Translations under genes and position numbers: made by a program
Shown: piece after piece, positions 12,228 through 26,371 of the stretch
Position numbering within the stretch: the first letter of the stretch is position 1
Layout: each line of letters starts with the position of its first letter
Source: Pelomyxa schiedti
Taxonomy: Eukaryota > Protista > Evosea
Length of the DNA: 64,000 nucleotides
Assembly: GCA_020536535.1 (NCBI GenBank)
Contig: JAHLWZ010000664.1
Coordinates: 7,801-71,800, forward strand
Direction of reading: 5' to 3'
The notes under the pieces: model-generated
The model's input: the letters and a program-made list of their open reading frames with translations, nothing else
Databases searched by the model: none
What the model was told of the DNA's origin: nothing

Positions 12228-15200
12228 ATGTCGTTGCACGATCGGTCTTGGATTGATATTCAGCGGAGGGTGCTTTTTTTTTCTTTTCTCTTTTTCTCTT
12301 TCTTCCCCTCGCGTTTTTGTTTGGGGATTTTTTTCCTTGTTCCAAGCGAGTATTCCTGTTTGACTCTTTTTTTTTTGTTTTAGACGTTCACCAAGTGGTT
12401 TAATGCCCATTTGAAAAAAGCCGGTCACCGTGAGACTGTTGAGGACTTGTCCCGTGACTTGCAGGTTTGCTTCTTGTGATGTTTAAAGTAACATACGCGT
12501 GATGTGTTTTCTGGAGAGCTCTGTCCAGGAATTCTTTGAGAAATTTAATTCTTGTTAGGATGGCAAACTTCTTCACAAATTGTTGGAGTCTATTAGCAAC
12601 ACCAAACTGCCCAAAATCACAATGACTCCAAAGATGAGGATTCACCAAATTCAAAACTTGAACGTTTGTGTTACCTTCATTTCGTCCAAGGTTCGACTAC
12701 AGGGAATTAGTGCTGAAGGTTTGGTTTTAGCCTTTAGAAGAGTACCATGTAATTCGTACAAGATATTTGTAACGGCGATATCAAGTTGATTCTTGGTATG
12801 ATTTGGATGATCATTCTGCGATTCGAAATTGCAGATATTTCCGTCGAAGGTCTGTCAACAGAACTAAATCAACTTTTTAATTCCTTCCAGATATGAATGC
12901 AAAGGAGGGTCTGTTGTATTGGTGCCAGAAGAAGACCGCTGGCTACCCAGGAGTTCATGTCAAGAGTTGTATCTCTTTCCCAGGATTGCACTACTAACAA
13001 TTTCTCAGACTTCACCGACTCGTGGCAGGATGGTCTGGCGTTCTGTGCCTTGATCCACAAACATATGCCTACTGCACTCGATTTCTACGCGCAAAGCAAG
13101 GAGAAGCCGTTGGAAAATCTAGAACTGGCTTTCAGTGTTGCAGAGAAGCAACTTGGAATTCCCCGGTTCTTCGACCCTGAGGATATGAGTGTGTAGTGAA
13201 AACCCTTCCATCAGCGTCTCATAAGCCTCAGTTGCTGCTGATGAACGATCTGTTATGACCTATCTCCTTCAATTTTTCCATCGATTTGCCGACACCCGAA
13301 AGGTACAACTTGTATGTAAGTTTACCTGAAATTGACCGCGACTTCTTCAGACCGAAGTTGCAGGCCGTCGTATTAGCAAACTTGTTGGACTTGTCCAAAG
13401 CAACGATGAAATGAAGCAGGCCTATGTTGATAAGGCCACCTCCCTTAGCGCTTGGATGGACATCAAGATTCCCGAGTTGCTGGACCTGAACTTTGATAAC
13501 ACACTAGCAGGTATTGATCATGCAAATACTTTTTCATCTCACATCTTTAGGTGCAAATGGAAAGCAAGATGAAATGGTGTTGTACCAGAGTGGGGTCAAG
13601 CCAGAAAAAGCTGCAGAAAAGATGGCTGCTGAGGGTCTTTTTGGAAACTTGCAAGTTAAACTCCGCAACGCCGGGCGCCCAGAATACGTTCCCCCTGGAG
13701 GACTTTCTCCATCAGATTTGGATGCCAAATGGCAAAAGCTTCTGGAAGCAGAAGCTCTTAAAGAGAAGGCTATCAGAGATGAAATTGCACGGTACATAAC
13801 CACAAACTTCTTCAACAACTTACCTCTGTAGACAAGAGAAAATAGAAGAACTGGTACGACTATTCCATGAAAAGAAATTGAAGCTCGATAAGTGGTCTGA
13901 AGAAAAGAAGACCTTCTTAGATCAGCGCCCAGTCATTGACACTCTTATCACTGCGCAGTCCCAAATCAAACTGTTAGACGGCTATGAGCAACAACACAAG
14001 TCGTCCTTGTCTAGGGTGGCTGAGTTGCATCAATTAGGCGATCAGATATGCCAGTTAGGTGCCAAAGTTGCACCAGAAATTACCCAACAAGTGGCTACAG
14101 TTGAGGCTACTTGGACTGATCTCTCCTCAAAGTGTGAGGAGAAGAAACAGTGGCTCAATGAAGAGCTCGAAAAGCAGGTTCGCCCCCCCCCCCCCCCCCC
14201 CCCATGTTCAATTCATTTATCCTTGACCATCACAAAAATCTTTTTAGAAACGAATGGAGGAACTAAGGAGACTCTTCGCCGAAAAGGTCAACTCCCTCAA
14301 TAAGTGGTATCAGGATGAAATTGGTGCCATCGGCGATGCTGCGTTCGGAGATACTCTCGAGGAAGTTATAGCCTACAAAGAAAAGCTTGATCTTCAAGAG
14401 ATGCAGCTTCATGCTTCATCTTCAGAGAAGTATAACGAACTTGAGGCTATTGCCAACCAAATGAAAGAGATGGGCATTACCGAAAATAAATACACAATGT
14501 TAACTCTTGACGATATGAAAGCGCAGGAGGTTAACATGAATGGGGCTCTTGCAAAACTCAAGGTTTCCACTTGGTTTATCTATTCAACAACTCAAAAAAC
14601 CCATAGGAAGCATACGAAGCGGAGTTAAAGCGACAAGAACTTATGGAGGAGAAGAGAAAGGAATTTGCAGCAGCAGCAAACAAATTTATGGAGTTTTTGG
14701 ACACCCAAAAGAACACCATTGACGCTCTCAATGGTTTGACGTTACACATCAACGATTCTGTCTTACCCTTGTTTCAGGAGAACCGGATCCTCTCACGGAG
14801 GAGATTAAGAATCAATGGCAAGAAGCAGCACCCCAACAAGAGCAGCTTGATAATTTGGCAAGACTCTATCGTGAAGAGATTGCCATGCAAATCACCAGCA
14901 ATAAGTACACGCAGCACACTGTTGCCAGCTGCGCATCTGCAAGTGCCGTGTTTGACGCCTATGTACGCAATTACCTGTCGGCCCTTCAAGAGGAGAAGGC
15001 ACTGAAGATTGAGTTTGCTGAACGTGCTGCTAGGGTAATTGATATTGGCATATTTCTTGCGCCTAACAAGACTGTCTAGTTGAAAGCTTGGATAGTTGCA
15101 ACTGTGGAAAAACTGGGAGATCGTGCATTTGATAATACTCTGGCTGGTGCCAAATCTGCAATGGCTGTCTTTGGTGGATACCGAAGTGGGGAAAAGCCTC

Positions 15201-18200
15201 CCAAAACTGCCGAGTATAGTGCGGTGCTTACTTTGCACGCAACAATTGTGAAGCTTCTGAAGGATAGCCCACACCATCGACCCGAGTTCGTTCCTCCAGA
15301 GGGTTTGGCCCCCTCTGACCTCAAGCAACTCTGGATGAGTCTCGAAGAGGCTGAGACTAACCGTGAACAATTCCTAACTACGGAACTTAAGAGACAGGAA
15401 CGACTCAACAGCATCCAGCGTCTCTTCTTTGAAGAAGCCGGAGAACTTAGTGCCTGGGCTGAAGGGAAAAAGCATTACCTCGAAGTAGTTGTCGCAGTGG
15501 ACACACTTATCAGTGCCCAAATACAGATGAATCTTATGGAAACGTATGAGGACGACTACAACGCATCGAAGAAGAAAGTTGAAGACTTACGAAAGAAGCA
15601 TGACGATCTGGTAGCAGATAACTTCTGCAAAACGGATGTGAGTGAAAATCAACTGTAAACTTGTTACAAACCATTACGCAGCTTGTCAAAGAGAAGATGG
15701 CAGCAATTGATGCATCTTGGGCCGAACTGGCCCAGCTTGCCGCTGACAAGAAAACCAAAATCGAAGAACAACTGAGCCTTGAACAGCGGAAGGAGGTTTC
15801 AATAAAAGAAACAATTGAAGAGTGGTAACATAACTAAATAGGAACAACGACTTGACTTCGCCCTTCTAGCTAAAAACTTCAAGGAATGGGTTCTCCAGCA
15901 ATGCGACAAGGCAGCTGGTACAGAATTTGGAGAGGGTTTGAAAGCCGTTGAAGAATTTGCCAAAAAGCTTGAGCACAAAAACAAAAAAGTCAATGATGGT
16001 GCCAAGGAGAGATTGGAAGAAATTCATGAAAAACTACACTCTATGGAGGAATTGGGAGTTACAGACAACGTTCATACCTCCATAAAGAGTGAGGACATTA
16101 CTGCTTTACATCAGAAATTGCAAACTGCTCTTGCAGATCGTGAGGCCAAGTAAGAGTTTGAGTCTTCTGAAAGGGGATTAACTGTTTTTAGGTACAATCA
16201 AGAATTAGCCAAACAGCAAGCAATGGAAAATAAAAGAATCGAGTTCGCAAATGCAGGGCTAGAGTTGGTGGCTTACCTTGTGAATGAACTTAAAGCTTTC
16301 GACGAAATGAGGGGAGAACCCGAGCCCCTTACTGAAGAAATAAAGCTGAGGTACAACAATGGCGAAAAGGCTGCAGCAATGCTCGCTCATTGCAACGAAA
16401 TTTACGCTGTAGCTTTAAGAATGGAAATCACAGAAAACAAGGTAAATACCCGTGAGTGTAATCTTGTTCTCATTTCATTTAGCACGCCAAGCACTCAGTT
16501 CAGTCATTAGCCAGACAAGTCAACGAGTACAACAAATTTGTGAACAATTTCCTATCTGAATTGGACAATGAAAAGAATGAGAAAGCACTCTACACCGAGA
16601 AAGCTACGAAGTTAGTTGAATGGGCCAAAACATCAATCGAAGAACTCGGTAGCCGAGCAATTGATAACACGCTCGCGGGGGCACAGGTTGTCCCTCCCAC
16701 AGTTGCTAAGTTTCTAAGATCAAACTCAGAGTAAGATCGGCGAATCCGCTGAATGGAAATCTGCAGTTAAAGCCCCGAAAGTTGCAGAACGTACCAGTGT
16801 TGAAGTTATCTTTGCCAAGGTCAACTCTATTGTTACGGTAGGTTTCTTCCCTCCCTCTTCCAGCTCATTTACACATGCAAGGTGTCGCCGCACCATCGTC
16901 CCGAATTTAATCCCGCTGAAGAAATTTCTCCCGCCGGGATTGCTGCGGTATTTGAGAATTTGGCTCAAGCAGAGAAAGAGCGGGAGGAATTCCTCACTAA
17001 AGAGCTCGAAAGACAAGAACGCCTCACCCGTCTAGCACGTGACTTCAATCTTGCTGGCGAGGAACTAAAGTTGTAGCTCTTATGGATTTAAGTAACTCAT
17101 TCGGTATATTTCAGGTCGTGGTGTCAGCAGAAGCAAGAGTATCTAGCCCATGCAGAGGTTGTGGATACTTTGGTCTCTTCCAAGATTCAACTGGACTTAC
17201 TTCAAACATTCTCAACCGAATACGCCAACAGCAAGGTTGAAGAAGCCCTCTTTTCTGGAATAACTCACAGTTCCGCAGGCCCAATTAACCAGTCTAGCCG
17301 CTCAATGTGACGAACTCGCTCAAGGAAACTATTGTGAAATCGATACGATCAAGAAATCACTTGAAGAAATGACTGCATTATGGGAATCTCTCAAAGAAGG
17401 TGAGGCAAAGAAACGAGACGATCTCAAGAAAGATGAGGAGCGCGAAGAAAAGAAAGAAGAAGAAAGGAAGGTACTGTTTACACAACACTTTTTCTCTCTA
17501 CTAACGGAACAAAGGCCTTTGCCAAGCTAGCCAGTGAATTCGACAGATGGGTTCGCGATGCTTGCGATAAGATTGCAAAGTATGCTTTTGGATCTTCACT
17601 TGAGGAAGTCCGCGCCTACGAATCGACGATGCAGGCCAATGACTCCGAACTCAAGGACGAGTGTGACAAAAGAATGAAAGCGATCAAAGAAGTCCAAGAC
17701 AAGATGACGGTAACTTCACTTCCTCCTTGCAGGGTTCTTAACATGAGATCAGGAGCTTGCTGTCCAAGACAACGTGTACACATTACTCGGAATGAAGGAA
17801 ATGGACGACCTGGTACACAGAGTGGAGCTCAGCATCGAGAACCGCCACAATGCCTACAAGGTCGAACTGGATAGACAAGAAGAGATGGAAAAGACCAGAA
17901 TTAAATTCGCTGAGCTCGTTACCCAATTCATTGAATGCCTCGACAAGGGCAAGGCTGCCATTGACGCCATCACTGGGGAACCAGAGCATAAAGAAGAAGA
18001 AATAAAGCGCGTCTATGCTGGCGGAGACGAACAGCGAGCCAAATTGGCAGACTGTGTGCAGCTTGATGCTGTTGCCAAGGAACTCAAGATCATTGACAAC
18101 AAGCACACTCAATTCACTCTCCCCATGCTCCGCGTCAAGATGGATAAGTACGAGAAGTACTTTGCCAACTCCATGGCCGCCGTCGAGCAAGAAAAGGTGA

Positions 18201-19570
18201 TGAAGCAACGCAAACTGGAGAGGGAAGCAGAGTGGGCACTCAAGGAGAAGATCGAGAGTCTTAGAAACGAGTATCAGAACGAGGCCCAAACTCTCAACCA
18301 GTGGCTGGACGGCGTTCTGGAAGCGCTTGCTGGCACACCCAAGGTCAGCAGCGAGAAAGAAGTCGACGACCTTGCGGCACAGCTTACAGCAACCTCCCAG
18401 GAGGTACCTCAACAAAAGGCGTTGTACGACAAGGTTGAGGCACTGGTTGGACAGCTGAAGGAGGCGGGTGTCAATGCGGATGATTTGGGTCATGCACGTG
18501 TTATTGAGAACTGGACCGCCTGCGGAGCAGCTATTGATGCTAGATCTCAGTGGCTCGCTAAAGAGAAACAAACTCAAATTACCCACTTCAAGCTTCGTAC
18601 TCAATATGCTGAACTTGCTGCCTCATTCCACAAGTAAATTCCTTTTGATTTTACCGTTTTCCTACTAATTCATTAATAGCTGGATGGTTGAACAAAAATC
18701 TGTTGCTCTTTCCGGCGAATTGGAAGTGCAACTTCAGGCCAGTCTTTCACAGGAACAGGTACTCTCAACATGCTTCCTCCAGCTAGATTTTCACCTTTGA
18801 CAGGCTGTGAGGACCAAGGGTGCTGAGTTTACCAAGCAAGCAGAAGCTCTGGACGCCTCCCTTGCAGAAGCCCACGTTGTTGGTAATCCACTTACCGTTC
18901 ACACCACGAAGTCCCTTAAGGTCGAGCTGGAGCAGCTCTTGGATGTTTTGGTGAGTACTCTATTTTACACTCGATCAAAACCTTAACCTCTGTGCAGAGC
19001 AAGAGGAGGGACCTTTTGGAGCGCCAGATCAACTCCAAGAAATTCGGTGGAGTTTCTCCTGAAGAGCTTGAAGAAATGAGCGCTCTGTTCAAGCAATTTG
19101 ATAAGGAGCACACCGGTCAGCTCCGCACATACATGTTCAAGGGAATCATGAACGCCCTTGGCGAGGAAATGAGGTTTCTTTTCCCTTTCCTATTTGTTTT
19201 CCATTCCATTCCTTCGTTCCACGCACCCGAACTATCACAATTCCACAAATTCCCTTCGATTCCCTTCCCTAATCTCGTACACAGTGACGACGAAATCAAG
19301 CGAGTGTTCGATTCCATTGATACCAACCACGACGGGTTCCTGAGCTTCGAGGAATTCACCACGTTCATGACCAAGCGCCGCACGGACACCGATTCCAAGG
19401 AGGAAATCATCGCGGCGTTCCGCGACATCACCAACGGCAAGGACTCCATCACCGTCAACGAGCTGTCATCGGTGATGCCACGCGAGCAGGCCGAGTGGCT
19501 GGGAAGCCACATGCCGCAGAAGGAGGGCGGGCTGGACTACACCGCTTGGGCTGACCAGGCTTTCATGTGA
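12228..19570 (+). CDS. Giant alpha-actinin/spectrin-superfamily protein: 2 CH domains, ~14 spectrin-like repeats, EF-hands
   Basis: WIDIQRR/TFTKWFNAHL, LILGMIWMIILRF, LLYWCQ, FTDSWQDGLAFCALIH, NLELAFSVAEKQLGIP, DERSVMTY; repeated rod; EF-hands FDKEHTGQL and DTNHDGFLSFEEF; C-terminus LDYTAWADQAF. Confidence 0.92.
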
Positions 19571-19807
19571 GGAAAGCCTAATACTATGTGTATTGCTTCC
19601 CTCCCACTGGTCAGTGTTTGTGTTTTGTTAGTGTGGAATGGTGTTTGTGGACTACCATTCCCTCGTTGGTATTTCTTTTTAAGAAAATGAAATTAATGAA
19701 AGAATTTCTTCTTTTTCTTCATCAAGGGACAATTTATTTTAAAATACATTGGTCTCAGAACAAGAGGGACTTGGACTGTTGTTGGAGGTAAGTGTTATTG
19801 TTTACAA

Positions 19808-21120
19808 TCAGGGATAGTTATGTGGACACTTTTTGTGGATGATGGAGGGGCCTTTTTCCGTGTAGTCGTCGTGGGATATCCATATTTGTTGGAATGTACA
19901 GAGGGATGTGATGATAGACCCACCAATCCAGCACAGGTACTTACGCTCTGGTGGTGTGAATACTTTAACCCTCAAGGCTGATGGTGCGAACTCAGCTACA
20001 CCTTTCTGAAGGCGTTCTGATAGTCCCGGGAACATGGAATTTCCTCCGGATAGTACAATGTTACCATACAGGTCCCGGCGAATCCCAATATCGGCCTTGG
20101 CAATTGAGGTGTAACAGGCTTCAGAGAATCCGGGTGATTCTCTGTGTACAAGAGAAGGCTGGAATAGGGCTTCAGGGCAGGTGAATCGCTCCTTCCCTAG
20201 GGTTACTGTATTGCCATCCGGTAATTGATAGGTCATATCGAGGCAATGGGGGGACTCGGTGGTCTTGTTCAATTCTGTTTGGAAATCTGCGGCAACGTAG
20301 CATAGCTTCTGCTTGATGTCCCGCAGTACTTCATTATCAGCCGGAGTTGTAAAGGAATATCCGCGTTCAGTGAGCATCCTTAGCAAGTATTGAGATAAGT
20401 CGCAACCAGCAAGCTCCATCCTTGTAACGGTACCTTCGATCGCCTCACCCTCATAGATAGGTACAAAGTGCGTAATCCCTCCGCCGGTGTCCACAACAGT
20501 TCCAGTGGTTTTTCCAGAGGCGTAGAGTGCCAACACTGCCTGCCAAGTCAAATACAGTGCAGGTGCAGCGAACTTCTCGAACATAATCTGGGCAATCCTC
20601 TCCTTGTTCTCTTTTGGGCCCGGAGATTCCGCAATCAGTACAGGGTAATCCTCTGGTATCACATGCAGCTCGCTAGAGTAGATGTGTCGCCACAGATGTT
20701 CCATGTCATCCCAACTGGTCACCATTCCTCGTTGAACTGGGTAGTTGAGAGTAAGGGTGGCTCTGTTTGACCAGGCCTCGTCCCCAGCATACACTGTCTT
20801 TGCACTACTTGTTGTAGGTATCCCCGAGTGTCCAACGACAGTCTTTCGTATCGTTCAAAACAGGTTACAATGCGTTATTAATATTTGTATCCATCAAAAT
20901 TATGTATTACTACACGAAAAACACAGAAACTGTAGAAGAAAAGAAAATAAAAATAAAAAAAAAGTAGAGAGAAACAGGTATCAGTTGGTACCGGGAAAAC
21001 ACCCCTTGGTGCGTCGTCACCCGAGAAACCGGCCTTTGTTGTAGCTGAGCCATTGTCCACCACAATCCCACTTGGTCTCTGGTCCGAACTCCCACACTCC
21101 CATTCTGACGACGCCGACAT
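19808..21120 (-). CDS. Divergent actin / actin-related protein
   Basis: [78 protein letters not shown]. One intron at ~20850-20990. Confidence 0.93.
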
Positions 21121-21857
21121 TCGATTCTATGCGATAAGCTGATCCCTCCCGTCCTTTCAGTCGCCAACGGGTTTTTGTTTTTTCGTTGTTGTTGAAGTTC
21201 GGCTGTCAGCTGCACCCATAATGTCGGGAGGTGAGCTCTCGGTAGAAAATTCGAGTGGGAGTGGTGAAGAAAAATTACCGGCGCAGGGCCAGGCGCATAA
21301 CGTTTTTGTCATTCGCCTTTTACTAATGAGCAACCGTGCTCCTGGTCGTCATCAAATGCGCTTTGATCACGTATTTTTGTAAGTGCCCCTTCACGGGGCA
21401 TGCAATTACTAATCAAAAAAACTGCTGGGGGTTTTGTTGCTTTTATGCGTCAAACACAACCCACTTGGCTCAACAACCAGTTATAAGTTTATCCATACGT
21501 TTCCCCACTAAGTTGTGGGTGTGCTGTAACTCACAAGCAATGTGCTGAAGTACACAGCGTAGTGTAGTTGCTCTTGGGTTATCTGGCAACAGAAAACTTA
21601 CAGTTGTTCGGGTACTTGCTTGTCTGGGACATTCGCGGTAGGGGAAGAAGACGTTGATGTTCCCAAAAAAAGCAAAAAAAAGAACCCACTTTAATTGAAG
21701 AGACTTCTGCCAAGCGAAAAGAAAAAAATCAACAAAAAGCCACCCTTCGAAGTACACGTCAAGGCCCTCCACGAGTGGTTGACTTCATTTTTCCAAAACA
21801 AACAACAACCGACCACCACAAGCAGGTAACCACTTGCTGCAACATTTCATCTTGGGA

Positions 21858-22830
21858 ATGAATACTGTTATGGACTACATTTATGGATGGAAGTGGGAAG
21901 AGGGAGTGACGCCATTGTCATCGCGGTATTTCACTCTGACCGTGTTGGTCTCTTATCTGGCTGTTATACAGTTTTATAGGCTGGTGTGGGGTTTTTTTTT
22001 TTTTTTTTATTTTTTTTTTTATGTTGTAATTTTCCGTTTTGTACTTACAGATTTTTTAGTTACCAGTGAAACCTCTGGAGCTGAGGTGGCTATCAAAGGC
22101 CTACAACGTTTACCAAGTTGTGTTTTCGGCTATTGTTGCGGTGCTTACGTCGGCGGCTGTTATTGACAAAGCTTTCACTGAGGGCCCCTACTCGTTGGTA
22201 ACTTACTTATTTTCTGTTACTCTCTTTTTCTTTTCGAACTTACCTGAAACTAACGTACTATAGTTTTGTGAACGTGAATCGGGGTCTCTGAGTGGCCCAT
22301 TGGGACTCTGTGTCTACACATACCACCTCAACAAATACGTGGAATTTATGGACACATTCTTCATCGTAGCCCGCAAGAAGCCGGTGATATTCCTTCACCA
22401 GTTCCACCACATTATCATTGTGATAGCCACCTGGACCTGGCTATGGAGCGGCCACGTTTCCGGCGCAGCCTTCTGCACCTTCATCAACTCGGTCATCCAC
22501 TTCATGATGTATTACTACTACTATCAGTGTGACCAAGGATTCAAGCCAACCTGGAAGCAGCTTCTTACCACATCACAGATAGTACAGCTTCTGAGCGGGC
22601 AGGTGCTGGAACTGGTATATGCATTCACGGCACCATACCTAATGTGTGGTGCTCACCCTGCTGGGGTGTGGGTGGCCATTCTGGTCAACACACCCCTCAT
22701 AATGCTGTTTGTGAACTTCTTCAGGAAACAGTACATACAGACAAAACGACCCCCTTCACACAGAGACAAGGGCACACCCGATAGCTTTACTGTTAAACAC
22801 AGCAACGAACAAACTATCAAGACAGACTGA
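21858..22830 (+). CDS. GNS1/SUR4 (ELO) very-long-chain fatty acid elongase
   Basis: KYVEFMDTFF, FLHQFHH (HxxHH), NSVIHFMMYYYY, TTSQIVQ, LFVNFF. Confidence 0.95.
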
Positions 22831-22954
22831 GGGAAACCAAATTCACAACCTCAATGCATTAACTTAACAAAGAAATTGAACCCCCTCCATGCTCTCTCAT
22901 TTGAGGATTTTCTTTTTTTTGGCCTTATTTATAAGTGGTGTTGTAACTTGTGGA

Positions 22955-25900
22955 CTATGAATCAAAGGGGTTGATGACTGTGATGGCGTGGAGGTGAGGG
23001 GGCACAAGGGCACCGTCTGAATCATACCCCCCGAATGTGACTACGGTTGCGGGCCCAGTGAGAACAGAGCCGTGTGCGGCAACAGAGAAGTTGGGTGGGA
23101 GTTCTTGTTGTGCTTGTTCTGGTGGCGTCACTGCCGCGGCTGTGGAGGTTGTTGTTGTTGCTGTGGTTGTAGAAGATGATGGCGAGGGTATTGGGGATGA
23201 TGCGGTGGTGCCGGTTGTTGTGGGTGATGGCGGGCCGGTGAGGGCTCTCCTCTTCCAATGTAATGCGTCGATGAGGAAGGTTCCTTGTGGGCCGTTGTAA
23301 AGTATCTGGTATGATTGGTTTGAGTGCGGCGTTTAGAGGTGAATGAATTCGCTTACGAAGGTATATGTTCCCAGCAGAACCTTGTGCGCGATTCCCCGTG
23401 TCGGAAACACACGGAATTTTTCTGTTGCTTTGTATGGCATTGGGGGCATAGGATCACCGTATACTTTAGGGTAGCTCCAATGCCAATCTCCTGTATCAAG
23501 CATAACACAGTCAGTAAGAACGGATCGGCCATCACAACCTAAAAAAGGAATTAGGGTAACAAAAAAAAGTGATTGATTGAAGGCTTACCACCAAGAAATA
23601 CAAGTTTGTCCCCTACACAAACGGCGCAATGCTGAGCTCTTGGGGGCGGGGAGTCTCCGTGGAGAGTTGGAGAAGACCAGGAATTATCTGCAAGTGATAG
23701 AACATGAACATCGTTCAGGTACCGGTAGTTTCCTTCCTCACAAACTGCACCCCCAAAGACAACAATACATGTCCCGTTCTTACACAGAGTTGCAGTGTGC
23801 CCGGCACGTGGTGGAATTCTATTTGAGGTTAGGGATACTTGAGCAAAAGAAATAAACCTGTTTGTAGTCAAGTTGACTAATGACAATTGCCCACTGGAGA
23901 AATCATAGCATTGTACTTCTTCATACTGGCATTGCGAATCCCAGCCTCCGATGAGATAGGCCTGGAGAAGGAAATAAGGAGGTTTTCAGTTGGGATGAAT
24001 CAAAATTGCCTTCGATTCGGAGATTTGGGTCATAGTGTGACCCCATCTTGGTTTGGAGACCCAAGGCAAGTCGGCCTCAGAGGGTGAGGCAACTCTATGT
24101 ACCCAAGCAGAGCTTTGGTTGTAGAGAGATATCCACGGTTGTGTCAAGGACTTCTCACCACTTTAAGAGGTAAGAACAATGGAAAAGAGGGAGCGTGGTA
24201 CTCAGGTCCTCGGGGTGTGCCACCAGACAACGCTATGCATTGCCCATGAGGTGTATTGGGAACGAGAGTCATTGCAACCCAGGACCTCGACGAAGGTGTG
24301 GTGCCGGTGTGGGGGAGTATGCTGTGAGTAATGTATGCATGGTTGAATATCTCTTTCCTTGAAGAAGGCATGACGGGGGAAGTGAAGTACTCTTTGGGTG
24401 TTGCTGTTATTTGTACTTCCCAACTACGGGTAGTTGGGTCGTAGAGAAGTGTATACATCATCTATCTTGGATATCAGAAAGGAAGAACTACAAAGCGGAA
24501 GCACCTGACCAACTGGAGTATCTGCAATATACTCAATAAGGTCGACTGGTGGTTCTTTGAAGTGTTCCAGAAAATGAAGCCTAAGAAGGTGAACATTCCT
24601 TTTTTTTTTTTATAACCAAGTACCTTATTCTGGCTGAAAACTTTGAAACATTTTCAGGTAGTTTTCCTGTAACTTGAAACGGTTCCTTGGGAAGCTCTTG
24701 TTCTGGGGTTCCGCCTATTTGTACTTCCACTCGAGAAAAAATTGTGGCAGGCATGCTGGCGATATACGCATCAACTCCACTACAACAAGGTCATGACGGT
24801 GAAGAAAGAAAGGAAGTAGTTTGCATACGTTACATCCAGTGTGTAATTCCCAGAAATGATGGAATGACTGACAACAACCCGGCGTTGAAGTAACCAATTT
24901 GGAACAGGAATTCCCAGTAGTTTCATAACCCCTCCCATCACTTTGTGCATTTCAGGACTGATGAAAAATAGTGTGGTGGTGAACCTGTGTCACATTTGGC
25001 ATGTATGCGGAGAAAAGCTCTATCATCCAAAGGCGTTCGTTGGAGGTTCACGATAACGAGCTTTCCTTAATAATCGTAAGATACCCCAAAAAGGTAGACA
25101 AACAAAAAGAGGTTGCACCTGATTTCGACGTTATCTTCGGCATTTTGCATGCAGGTTGCACAGTAAGACTACTCCCAAGAACCAGATGTAAATCTGGGAA
25201 AGTTGTTTGTTTGTGAACCAAAGTGTATTACATCTCACCAGCTGCCATAGAGTGTTCGTACGCAAGTTCTAATGGTCTATGTGGTAAATCCTTTGGCATT
25301 TTAGAACAAGGAAGTTTGTACTGGGGTTTTTTCACAAACCTGGCCGAAGTCAATTGTGCTGTTCATCAACCTTCCTCCACAATGAGGGACATCGCAGTAC
25401 CTTCCGGTAAAATGATCACGACCACGCTTAATGCGAAGGCAGTGGAAATCTCGTAGATACTCGAACCCTAGGAGGAACTCTTAGGAAAGGCCCATGCGTG
25501 GAGCGAGGAGAGGTACCACAGGTTTCGCAAAATTCTATGTTTGAGTTACCATGTAACTCGGAGATTTGGTTGGGGTTAACTCCAGATCGTCTGTGCAATC
25601 CATCACAGTTTTGGCTGATGAGGTACTATCAATTGTGAGTGCCGAATCTTTGTTCCCAAAAGTAAAAGAAAAGGAACCTTTAGAATGCCAGATCGTAGAA
25701 GTTGCACTATGGACATGTGAGTTACTGTTGGGATAGCCTTGAATGTTGGGGTAGTTGGTTTATCACGGGTACGGTTCTGCGCTTCCAGAGTCCACTTGCC
25801 ATCTGGCCCACTGGGAAGGAACATGAGGACGCAAGTTAATAGCACGTTTGTAGTACCGGAAGTCAGGTATCCCTGCCGAAGTGCTGACACCAGCTCCAGT

Positions 25901-26135
25901 GAAAATAACAAAATTTCTGTTGTGGTGGACAACAGTGAGAAAAAAAAAGTTAGAGTGCATAGCAACTTGCTGGCTTTAATAAGTTCCACAAGTTGCTCGA
26001 TTTTTTGTTGAAGCACCTCTGGTGGGTCTTCAATTTCCCTCATCATTTCTGTAGGCGGTCAATCCAATGCATTCCAGCACACAACGAATACAAAAAAACA
26101 TAGAAACCAGGGTCAGTGTGGGCGGTGTGTGCCAT
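22955..26135 (-). CDS. Class IV (SIRT6/7-like) sirtuin fused to C-terminal Kelch repeats
   Basis: FTGAGVSTSAGIPDFR, GPDGKWT, SQNCDGLH, ELHGN, LGSSL, IVNLQRTPLD, followed in the same spliced frame by Kelch blades (PRWGHTMT, PRAGHTAT..VFGG..YLNDVHVL, PRAQHCAV..FLGG). Confidence 0.85.
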
Positions 26136-26371
26136 CTCTTGTTTGCGTTAACACGTGTCTCCTCGCAGTGGTGTGTGGACCGTTGGGTTTTTTTGTTAAA
26201 ATGAAAACCGAAATCTTAAGTTGTAACGAAAAGGTGCAGGGGAATTAAAGTGACAATTGCCACCAATTGACCCACCACTTGCAGCAGCTCAGCACCAAGC
26301 TGAGACATCGATTCACAGATCGTGATCAGTTGCACATAAAGATTATCTACAATCAAGCAATTAATTTCGCA

